Source: Octopus bimaculoides
Taxonomy: Eukaryota
Assembly: GCF_001194135.2 (NCBI RefSeq)
Contig: NC_068985.1
Span: 8,247,475-8,291,854, forward strand
Direction: 5' to 3'
Length of the DNA: 44,380 nt
Shown: positions 1 to 9,469 of the stretch, piece by piece
Numbering within the stretch: position 1 is the first letter of the stretch
Layout: the number at the start of each line of letters is the position of its first letter
Position numbers and translations under genes: made by a program
Notes under the pieces: generated by a model
Told to the model about the DNA's origin: nothing
Databases searched by the model: none
What the model saw: only the letters and a program-made list of their open reading frames with translations

Positions 1-16
1 TATATATATACATACA

Positions 17-430
17 GGCGCAGGCGTGGCTGTGCGGTAAGAGGCTTGCTTCCCAACTACATTGTTGCAGGTTCAGTCCCACTGCGTAACACCTTGGGGA
101 AGTGTCTTCTACAGCAGCCTCAGGCCGTTCAAAGCCTTCTGAGTGGATCTGGTAGATGGAAACTGAAAGAAGTTCGTTGTATATTTGTGAGTGTTTGTGT
201 GTGTGTGTGTTTGTATCTGTATTTGTCCTCTCACCATCGCTTGACAACCGATGCTGGTGTGCTTACGCCCTCATAACATAGTGGTTCGGTAAAAAGAGAT
301 CGATGGCATAAGTACTAGGTTTACAAAGAATAAGTTCTGGGATCGATTTCTTCGAGTAAACAACCTTTTAAGTTAGTGCTCCAGCATGGCCACAATCAAA
401 TAACTGAAAAAAGTAAGAGAATAAAAGAAT
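17..430 (+). mobile_element. tRNA-derived SINE, family A (complete: head, internal (GT)n, 3' module)
   Basis: Box A-like TGGCTGTGCGG and box B-like GGTTCAGTCC in the head, followed by CORE-like CACCTTGGGAAGTGTCTTCT. An internal (GT)n precedes the 3' module ending GTGCTCCAGCATGGCCACAATCAAATAACTGAAA. Homologous copies lie at 1212, 8385, 23620, 27370, 32727 and 41357. Confidence 0.9.
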
Positions 431-463
<33 letters not shown>

Positions 464-1211
464 TGTGTGTGTACACTTAATATTTAAGTGTTGGGTATGT
501 TCCTAGTAGTAAGTGGATAAAACATGTTCTCTGACTGTGGCTACATGTGGTGACCCACGGTAATCACACAGTTGTCGTTGGGTCTACCTCAGAAATTCTT
601 CAGTGTTCGTTGAGCATACAACAAATGATAGACACGGAAATGAAATACACGGAAAACTTAATTGCTCACAACGATTGCGAGAGCTTGGTGCAGGATGTAT
701 CAAAACGAACAATTGCAATAAAGTTTCCCGTAGATTCTATTTTCCGTCTCTATCATTTGTTAAATACATAATAGAAATTTACAGGTGTATAATCAACAAA
801 CAGGTGTATTAGATTAACGCTTGGGAAGGTGAGAAAATCTTTTATGTTTCGAGCCTACGCTCTTCAACAGAAGGGAACACGATGTAATAAACAGAGAGAG
901 AGAGAATAAAAAAAACTTTTGGAACTAGCGGTCAATCATGGCGGCTGGCTGGATAAAGGTAGTTAGACAGGAGAGCTAGGAAGAAAGGGAGATATTAAAA
1001 TTATATATATATAACCAACAAAAACTCACCAACCACTCAAACACACAGACATACACACATTCACTCAGACACATTTAAGTATGGGGTGGAAGATAGTATG
1101 TATTTTATAAATTCTTGTGAATCCAGCCATCAGGAACCATGACGATTATCCAAATTAGCCTGAAGTGAAAAATGATAGCAACATGCCATTTCAATGCATA
1201 AACGTATAGAA

Positions 1212-1422
1212 TTATTCTTTTATTCTTTCACTTATTTCAGTCATTTGATTGTGGCCATGCTGGAGCACCGCCTTTAGTCGAGCAAATCGACCCCAGGACT
1301 TATTCTTTGTAAGCCTAGTACTTATTCTATCGGCCTCTTCTACGGGGACGTAAACACACCAATCTTTTGGTGTCAAGTGATGTTGGGGAACAAGCACAAA
1401 TATGCAAACATATACACACACA

Positions 1423-1487
<65 letters not shown>

Positions 1488-1610
1488 ACACGCATATATA
1501 TAAGATGGGCTTCTTTCAGTTTTTGTCTACCAAATCCACTCACAAGGCTTTGGTCAGCCTATGACATTAGTAGAAGACACTTGCCTGACGTACCAACACT
1601 GCAGGTCAAT
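1212..1610 (-). mobile_element. SINE family A, 5'-truncated, with internal (CA)n
   Basis: Reverse complement of the family A 3' module (CAGTCATTTGATTGTGGCCATGCTGGAGCACCGCC...) and part of the head (AAATCCACTCACAAGGCTTT...AGACACTTGCC). Confidence 0.9.
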
Positions 1611-1968
1611 TTCCTAGATATAGAAGTCAAATCTTCCTGAAAACAGACTAGAATTGTGTGTATGTGCGCGCGCTCGCGTCTTTGAAAGTGTGCGTCTGTA
1701 TGTGAGACAATAATTCAGGTGAACAGATAAAACTAGGGTTTTAACGTGCTAAATATATATACATGTATATATGTAAAAAGAGAAGGCAGACTTAAAATTT
1801 TCAGATGATTAACACTCATATATATATATATATATATATACTTGTAAGAAGTAAATAAACACCCCATGAAACATCGTTTTCTGTTTATTCTAACTTGTAA
1901 AGGTTTATATTTCTTATTAATTGACATTTTTATGTTTCAGATTCTATATGGGAATGTTTATTCATTCA

Positions 1969-2490
1969 ATGTACAAAAGAAGCCTTAGAACTGTCTGAAT
2001 TTCAGAGGCCGTATTGTGGGTCATTCTGAAGGTGGATATAGTCAGTGTAAAATCGCAGAAAACCTTCGAATCCTACTTTCTATAATTAATAGAGTGATTG
2101 TGCAATTCACCAGAGAGGGAAAGGAGTCCACATCACCTTGTCCAGATCAACCAGGGCCCTCTGACAGGATCCTTCTCATTGCCAAGAGAAGTGTGGAGGA
2201 TAATCCTCGTTGCAAGACCTCTGACATAGCGGAGCAAGTTGATGTCAGTCCCAGAACAGCTGTCAGGTATCTCCACAAACTTGGTTGCTATGGCAGAGCA
2301 GGAAGAAGGAAACCACATATTTGACCAGCCAATATGAAGCGGAGAAAAGATTGGCCCAGTGAGATGGTGGAGAGGCCATTAAAATTTGACACTCTCATAT
2401 TCTGTGATGAGTCCAGATTTGCTGTATTTCCTAACAGTTGTCGAGTGTGGGTCCGGAGATTCTGTGAGCAAGAATTTGATGTGAAAGGAT
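1969..2490 (+). mobile_element. Tc1-like transposase fragment (N-terminal HTH to first catalytic Asp), degenerate
   Basis: Translation across a frameshift and stop gives [26 protein letters not shown]...[20 protein letters not shown]...LIFCDESRF...RVWVRR. The RRKP and FxDESRF motifs are typical of Tc1. No TIRs identified. Confidence 0.8.
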
Positions 2491-2896
2491 AAAATGCTTA
2501 AACGTGATTCACGTTTAAAGGAAATAGCAAGTGAAATAGCTAAGATTAGCAAAGATAGTCAAACCTACACGCCTAATCTTAGCAAACAAAATACAACAGA
2601 TTACAGAATTCCTTTAGTGATTAACTCGCACCGACGTTTCGCTGGCATTTCAAAAGTGTTGCATGAAAGTTACCAACATGTGGTGAAAAAATATCCCAGT
2701 TTCAAACAAACATTTCCTCAGCTGCCCATTGTAGCCTTTCGACGGAATAAGAACATAAAAGAATTATTGACCTCTATATCTGACTCCAAGAAAACGAACA
2801 TTTGAGTATCTACACGCTGTACCTTAAAGAACAGCCGCAAGAGAGGTAAGCCCTGTTCATTGTGCAACAACATGAGTGAAGTGAATACCATCAAAA
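2491..2896 (+). mobile_element. Penelope-like element fragment (RT C-terminus to start of GIY-YIG region), runs into gap
   Basis: RIPLV...FPQLPIVAFRRNKNIKELL...KPCSLCNNM matches the PLE RT-to-endonuclease linker. Closely similar to the copy at 30009-30706. Confidence 0.85.
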
Positions 2897-3618
2897 NNNN
2901 NNNNNNNNNNNNNNNNNNNNNNNNNNNNNNNNNNNNNNNNNNNNNNNNNNNNNNNNNNNNNNNNNNNNNNNNNNNNNNNNNNNNNNNNNNNNNNNNNNNN
3001 NNNNNNNNNNNNNNNNNNNNNNNNNNNNNNNNNNNNNNNNNNNNNNNNNNNNNNNNNNNNNNNNNNNNNNNNNNNNNNNNNNNNNNNNNNNNNNNNNNNN
3101 NNNNNNNNNNNNNNNNNNNNNNNNNNNNNNNNNNNNNNNNNNNNNNNNNNNNNNNNNNNNNNNNNNNNNNNNNNNNNNNNNNNNNNNNNNNNNNNNNNNN
3201 NNNNNNNNNNNNNNNNNNNNNNNNNNNNNNNNNNNNNNNNNNNNNNNNNNNNNNNNNNNNNNNNNNNNNNNNNNNNNNNNNNNNNNNNNNNNNNNNNNNN
3301 NNNNNNNNNNNNNNNNNNNNNNNNNNNNNNNNNNNNNNNNNNNNNNNNNNNNNNNNNNNNNNNNNNNNNNNNNNNNNNNNNNNNNNNNNNNNNNNNNNNN
3401 NNNNNNNNNNNNNNNNNNNNNNNNNNNNNNNNNNNNNNNNNNNNNNNNNNNNNNNNNNNNNNNNNNNNNNNNNNNNNNNNNNNNNNNNNNNNNNNNNNNN
3501 NNNNNNNNNNNNNNNNNNNNNNNNNNNNNNNNNNNNNNNNNNNNNNNNNNNNNNNNNNNNNNNNNNNNNNNNNNNNNNNNNNNNNNNNNNNNNNNNNNNN
3601 NNNNNNNNNNNNNNNNNN
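2897..3618. other. Assembly gap (N run); other gaps at 8625-8689, 14922-15113, 18090-18727, 26849-27140, 29773-29949 and 35454-35524
   Basis: N runs in the sequence; several abut microsatellites. Confidence 1.
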
Positions 3619-3663
3619 TGTTAAAAAAATAAAACATCTAAAATCGCACTCTTCGTCTTGACT

Positions 3664-3688
3664 ATTATTATTATTATTATTATTATTA

Positions 3689-3762
<74 letters not shown>

Positions 3763-3769
3763 GTTATTA

Positions 3770-3800
<31 letters not shown>

Positions 3801-3801
3801 A
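3664..3801. repeat. (TTA)n microsatellite
   Basis: Near-perfect ATT/TTA tandem array. Confidence 0.98.
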
Positions 3802-4166
3802 AAATAGATAGGATAGTAGTGGTTGGGATGTCTTTAATCGATTCTAGTTCTATTCGATCAGGTCTGATCTGAGATTAAACAATAACAACAACAACAATAC
3901 TAGTGAAAACTCTTGCGTTTTTTTTTTTAATCAAGCTTCTACTCAGTCGCTTAACTTGCAAAAAATAACAGGAAAACTTAATTTAAAAGCACTCTATCGT
4001 TTTTTTTATTTTTTAATAAACGCAGTTTATTAGCAACGTATTCTGAAATAAGACACTTATGAAAAGACTGGACAAGCATAGCTAGAAGTCTACTTTGACC
4101 TTCGAATTGAGGAATGTCGAAGCTAAGCAGCCAAAACCGACAGTAACAACTTCTTTTTTAATTCAG

Positions 4167-4191
4167 GGCTTCGTTTACACGGCAAATGCAG
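4167..4191 (+). other. Candidate 25-nt micro-exon, or the end of a longer 5' exon
   Basis: Pyrimidine tract CTTCTTTTTTAATTCAG| upstream and consensus donor CAG|GTAAGT at 4192, in non-repetitive sequence. Confidence 0.25.
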
Positions 4192-4532
4192 GTAAGTTTC
4201 TCTGTTTATCAGATAATAAGGATTAAACATGAAGAGATATCAAGATATTTGAAAAATTGTCTCGTCTGTTTACATGTAGTCAAGTCGACATATGCCACTA
4301 CAGTCTGTTACATAAACAAATGTAAGATTCGTTTGGGTAAGTTAAGTGCACACGTATTATGTACAAAGATTTGTAACCTTATTCAGCAGAAGCAAAAGTA
4401 ATTGAGATTCCAACTATTCCCCTTAATGAAGAGGTTTTAACTTTATTTAGAAGAGCTTGCAAAACCTCTGAGTAACTGCTGCAAATTCTGCTTGAGAAAA
4501 TAAACACCTCTGAATTTTACTTCACTTACCAG

Positions 4533-4667
4533 AAAGGAAAACGAGATGGTTACTGATCAAATACCGGTTGAAAGATGTGTGTTCGAGGAATTATTTTACC
4601 CAACACGTGCAAACGTCATCAGAGAACCCACAACACGGTACCAAACAGACTCTAAAATATGTAAAAG
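4533..4667 (+). CDS. Candidate 135-nt host exon of unknown product (KENEMVTDQIPVERCVFEELFYPTRANVIREPTTRYQTDSKICK)
   Basis: Acceptor TTTTACTTCACTTACCAG|, donor AAG|GTAAGT at 4668, length a multiple of 3 and one fully open frame. ATG at 4546 has GAGATGG context. No recognisable homology. Confidence 0.35.
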
Positions 4668-4855
4668 GTAAGTATTTTTCAAAATGTAAAAGCACAATCA
4701 AACTTCACATTATTATAATGTACTTTGTAACAAAAACAATTAGAATAAGAACTAAAATTGAAAACGAGAAGAACTACTGTTACATTTGGTCAGCTCCAAC
4801 GTAATAGAATTGCACAGAATGCATTTGAAAGATACAAAGCTTTGCATTCACTAGT

Positions 4856-5037
4856 AAGGCCAGCAAGTTTGGGTAAAGGGAATACATCGACGCCAGTCGT
4901 CAACTAGTACTTATTTCCTCGACCTCGAAATGATGAAACGCTGAAGTCTATCCTCGGTGGAATTTGAACTCAGACAGACGAAAGAGCAGTAAGCGTTTTG
5001 CGTGGCGTGATAACGATTCTATCAATTCGCCGCCTTG
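4856..5037 (-). mobile_element. SINE family B (Nin/Deu-type domain), degenerate
   Basis: Reverse complement of the family B head and the GAGTTCAAATTCCACCGAGG...TTTCATC...GGTCGAGG..TAAGTAC core. Confidence 0.8.
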
Positions 5038-5374
5038 TTTACAGATACAATATTAACGGCCTAAATGACCTTTATAGAATTAAAGGATTATGGAATCACG
5101 TTAGACATTTATGTGGCCCTAATCTATGAAACATAACCTTAACAGAAATAAAAATGACTCATAGATTAAGACAGAACCTATTACAACAAAGCGGGCATTT
5201 AAAATGTACATAAATCACGTATCTACTACAACGATAAGAAAAACGACAAACAAAATATCAACAATACGGACACACATACATCTACATACAGACACATGCT
5301 ACTGTTGTTCTTAACAGCTATCTCACAACGTTGCACATGTTAACTGCAAAAAAAAAAAAACCTTCAAAAATTTA

Positions 5375-5560
5375 GTACTCCGTCGGTTACGACGACGAGG
5401 GTTCCCGTTGATCCGATCTACGGAACAACCTGCTCGTGAAATTAACGTGCAAGTGGCTTAGCACTCCACAGACACGTGTACCCTTAACGTAGTCCTCATG
5501 GGGGATTCAGCGTCACACAGAATATAACAAGACTAATCTTTTGAATTACAGGTACTTTAC
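5375..5560 (-). mobile_element. SINE family C, 3' half
   Basis: Reverse complement of the 15780-15935 segment (TACTCCGTCGGTTACGACGACGAGGGTTCC...CTCGTGAAATTAACGTGCAAGTGGC). Confidence 0.85.
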
Positions 5561-5974
5561 CTGTTGAGCGGACTGGAGCAACGTGAAAGAAAGTGTTTTA
5601 CTCAAGGGCTCGACGCTCTGCCAGGATTCAAACTCCCCACTTTAAGATCTTAAGTCGAATACCTCAATCTCTAAAACACACTCCTTCACTTCAACTGCAA
5701 CACTTTAAAACTCCCACAAACTTTAAAATACTCAACACTTCATGGTTGTTACATATTACAGGTAACACAAAAGTTAACTCATCCAATTATGATTAAAGGT
5801 ATCTAAGAGATATCACCATGCTAGAGATAGCAGTCAAAACTTGGCTCTAAAACCACTTCTTGAATTAGTGACAAAGCGTAGAAGTGGTCGCGAGTGAGTA
5901 AAATTTGACCTTAAGAATATTATTCACACACAACCGTGTGTAAATGAGATTTATTACAATGCAGTGTAATCTAC

Positions 5975-6195
5975 AAGGAGGCGAGCTGGCAGAATCGTTA
6001 GCACGGCGGGCGAAATGCTTAGCGGTATTTCGTCTGCCGTTACGTTCTGAGTTCAAATTCCGCCGAGGTCGACTTTGCCTTTCATCCTTTCGGGGTCGAC
6101 CAATTAAGTACCAGTTGCGTAGTGGGGTCAATCTAATCGACAGGCTCCCTCCCCCAAAAAATTTCGAGCCTTGTACCTAGAGCAGAAAAGAATAT
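5975..6195 (+). mobile_element. SINE family B, complete, tail type 2
   Basis: tRNA-like head GGCGAGCTGGCAGAATCGTTAGCAC with box B GAGTTCAAATTCC. Central GCCTTTCATCCTTTCGGGGTCGA..AATTAAGTACCAG resembles the Nin/Deu SINE domain. Tail CCCCCAAAAAATTTCGAGCCTTGTACCTAGAGCAGAAAAGAATA. Confidence 0.92.
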
Positions 6196-6289
6196 AATTT
6201 ATTCTATGAATATGAGGTAGATCTTTTGCAAGATACTTCAGTTGAATCAAACATTTTGCAATATTGGTTTCCAATTTTGGCAGAAGGCC

Positions 6290-6475
6290 ATCAAATCCAG
6301 AGGGGAGGGAAGTTGATTACATTAGCCTCACTGATCAGCTGATACTCATTTTATCGAGTACCGAGAAGAGAAATGCCAAAGACGATCTTGATGGAATTTG
6401 AACTCAGAATGTACTGACAAATGAAATACCGCGAAGCTTTCACCCTGCATGTTAACGACTCTGTCAGTTCGTCGT
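6290..6475 (-). mobile_element. SINE family B, degenerate
   Basis: Reverse-strand GGAATTTGAACTCAGAA and remnants of the head and core. Confidence 0.7.
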
Positions 6476-6562
6476 CCTAGTACTGTAATAAGTAATAATA
6501 TTACTCGAAATTTGCTTTACGTACTTTCGGTACATTTAGCTTATATAATAACTTTTCTTCGT

Positions 6563-8364
6563 TTTGAATATTTTTAAAAAAGATTAGCACCACGACACTC
6601 ATCTTCAAGAGTTCTATCATAGAAGCTAAAAGAAAACAAAAGTTTTACACAAAAACAAAATATTTGAGTTTTTGATTCGCTTTTAGGCGTTATTTCTGTT
6701 TTCGGCACATTTGGCCCCAGTAAATTTTTTATTTAATTTTTTTTTAATATATAAATATATATAATTAGCGTCAGTACTTTTTTTTCAACTGGATATTTTT
6801 GCATATGACTAACATGAATAGATTCCAGTGGTCGAGATCTATCATAGAAACTAAAATAAAATATAGATTTCTTAAAAAAATAGAATTGAACTCAAAGTCG
6901 ATTTCAAGCGTTATACTCATGCTTCTGACCTCACATATTTTACTCAAAATTCTTTTCTACTGAATCAATTTTCTAAATGCAGCTTATGATGTGACCAATC
7001 TAGAAAATGTAAATATCATCTAATTTCGTTTAAAACTGAGTTAGTGACAAAGCTTAGAAGTGGTCGTGAGTGAGTAAATGTTGACCTTAAGAATATTATT
7101 CAAACAGTATCGTATGCGAATGATATTGTAGTGAACCCTGGTGGTCAAGCAAGAAAGCAAAACGGAAAGGGGAGATTACTCTCGTTAGATCAAGTCGGGG
7201 TCATTATTTTACAGTGATATCAGTAAGTGATATCCTATAATTTTTATGATTGCACGCGAGAAAGTGGGGTCACCATCTTGTTACGTAAAACGACAAGAAA
7301 TTAAAAATTTGTAAGACGTTCGTAATAAGTCATAACATATTTATTACTGGATGTAATGCGTTAACATATAAGGTTTATTGAAGGAAAAGGTTTGTAACAT
7401 CACATAAACATATTTTGTAACCACATGTCTCAAAGCAAATGAGGAGAACATCCGCGCGTGTTGGTGTGTATGCGAGTGGCGTGACTCAGTTCATGTCTAG
7501 GAACCGACAGGAAGAGCGGCGCGAAAGTAGAAATGCGTTCCTTTATATAAGGGATGAACCGGAAGTCCCTGACGTGGAAGTCCCTGACGTGGAAGTCTCT
7601 GACTTCCACGTCATCCGGAAGTTAATTGGAAGCTTTTAGAATGTTCGAGAAGGTCGAGGGAGATCACTCTCGTTAGATCTCTTTTTCGTTTTGCTTTCCT
7701 GCTTGACCTCCAGCGGTCACTAGAATATTTTTTGAAAAGATTAGCACTACGACACTCGTCTTGATGAGTTCCCTCATATGAGAGGGAACACAAATATATG
7801 TTTTGAATTTGATTTTAGACGTTACCATTTTGTTCGGCACATTTGGTCCCAGTAGTCTTATTAAAAAATATTCTTTTTTATAATTGGCATCATCGGATTC
7901 CTCTAGTGGAGATCTGTCAGAAAAGTTGAAATTAAATACAGTTTTCTTTAGAAATATGAATAATATTTGGAGTCAAAGTCGATTCCAGGCGTTAATCTTC
8001 ATTCTTTTCGCCAGTCTTCACCTCAGCACTTTTTTCTACTGAATATTTTTGCATATAAGTAACATGGATAGATTCCTCTCCCCAAGATCTATCATATAAG
8101 CTAAAATAAAATATGGATTTCTTTAAAAAAGCAAAGATATTTGGACTCAAAGTCCATTTCAGACGTTACTCTCCCGTTTTTGAAGTCACATATTTTACTG
8201 CAATTTTTTTTCTACCGAAGCAATTTTAAAACTTTGTTGCTGAAAATGTAGCACAGGAAGTGACCAATCTAAAATTGTAGCCATCATCTAATTTGGTTAA
8301 CAACTGAGTTAGTGACAAAGCCTAGAAGTGGTCGCGAGTGAGTAAATGCTGACCTTAAGAATAT
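6563..8364. repeat. Two diverged direct copies of a ~550-640 bp unit (6563-7101 and 7723-8364) separated by an inverted-repeat-bounded segment
   Basis: Both copies start GAATATTTTT..AAAAGATTAGCAC.ACGACACTC and end GAGTTAGTGACAAAGC.TAGAAGTGGTCG.GAGTGAGTAAATG.TGACCTTAAGAATAT. A third copy of the end motif lies at 5864-5925. Confidence 0.75.
7124..7727. mobile_element. MITE-like unit with ~53-bp imperfect terminal inverted repeats
   Basis: 7124-7176 TATTGTAGTGAACCCTGGTGGTCAAGCAAGAAAGCAAAACGGAAAGGGGAGAT matches the reverse complement of 7676-7727. No TSD found. Confidence 0.55.
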
Positions 8365-8384
8365 ACTCTTTTACTCTTTTACTC

Positions 8385-8689
8385 TTTTACTTGTTTCAGT
8401 CATTTTGACTGTGGCCATGCCGTAGCACCGCATTTAGTCGAGCAAATCGACCCCAGGATGTATTCTTTGTAAGCTTAGTACTTATCCTATCGGCCTCTTT
8501 TGCCGAACCGCTAGGTTACGGGCATGTAAACACATCAGCATCGGTTGTCAAGCGATGTTGGTGGGGACAAACACTAACACACAAACATATACACACACAT
8601 ACACATATACATACATATATATATNNNNNNNNNNNNNNNNNNNNNNNNNNNNNNNNNNNNNNNNNNNNNNNNNNNNNNNNNNNNNNNNN

Positions 8690-8723
<34 letters not shown>

Positions 8724-8880
8724 TCTTGTCTCAGTTTCCGTCTACCAAATCCACTCACAAGGCTTCAATCGGCCCAAGGCTATAGTAGAAGACACTTTCC
8801 CAAGGTACTATGCAGTGGGACTGAACCGAGAACCATTTGGTTGGTAAGCAAGCTACTTACCACACATCCACTCCTGCGCC
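8385..8880 (-). mobile_element. SINE family A, complete, with internal (CA)/(TA) microsatellite containing a gap
   Basis: Full reverse-complement match to 17-430, head ending at ...CCACTCCTGCGCC. Confidence 0.92.
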
Positions 8881-9469
8881 TACATGTATACATTATGTAG
8901 TTACATACATACATACACACACACATATAGATACATATACATGCATACACACACGCGCGTACATACACACGTATGTATGAGTGTATGGCTGTGCTTATGT
9001 ACACATATGAGCGTGTGTTAATGTACATATATACATAGCACGGAATTTTATGGAATTTTATAACTCAAATTTTCCTTTCCCCATATACCATACGAGCCTC
9101 CGCACGCACGCGCGCTCGGACACACACACACATGCTCATACATGTATGCACACGTATTGTATAACCAAATGATAGTTTTATAATTGTCATTATAAACAGA
9201 TAAAAGTGTCCGATGTCATCATTTATTGACAATTAAACGCCCTATTTCATAAACATGTACACAGAGGAGTCTGTTTTCTAAATGATTTAAACGCTTTCAT
9301 TGCTCTTGTAAACACTCTTAACATGGCTTCTATGGTTTCTATGAATACCAAACAACAACATTTATCATTGATCGTGTCAGGCAGATGAAAACGTGACCGT
9401 TTATCTAAGATATTTTCCTCGCACTACCTTAATTCTGAGTTCGATCGCACGCCATCAACCGTAACTTAG

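Noticed and set aside
2860-3637. Long ORFs in the track spanning N runs (also at 14.8-15.2, 18.0-18.9, 26.8-27.2 and 29.7-30.1 kb)
   Set aside because: Artefacts of N gaps and dinucleotide repeats (poly-X, CVCV, HTHT, YIYI).
7761-7795. TTGATGA followed by a perfect 8-bp hairpin (hammerhead half-core)
   Set aside because: The stem is followed by ACAAA rather than GAAA, there are no stems I/III, and the hairpin is absent in the sister repeat copy at ~6600.
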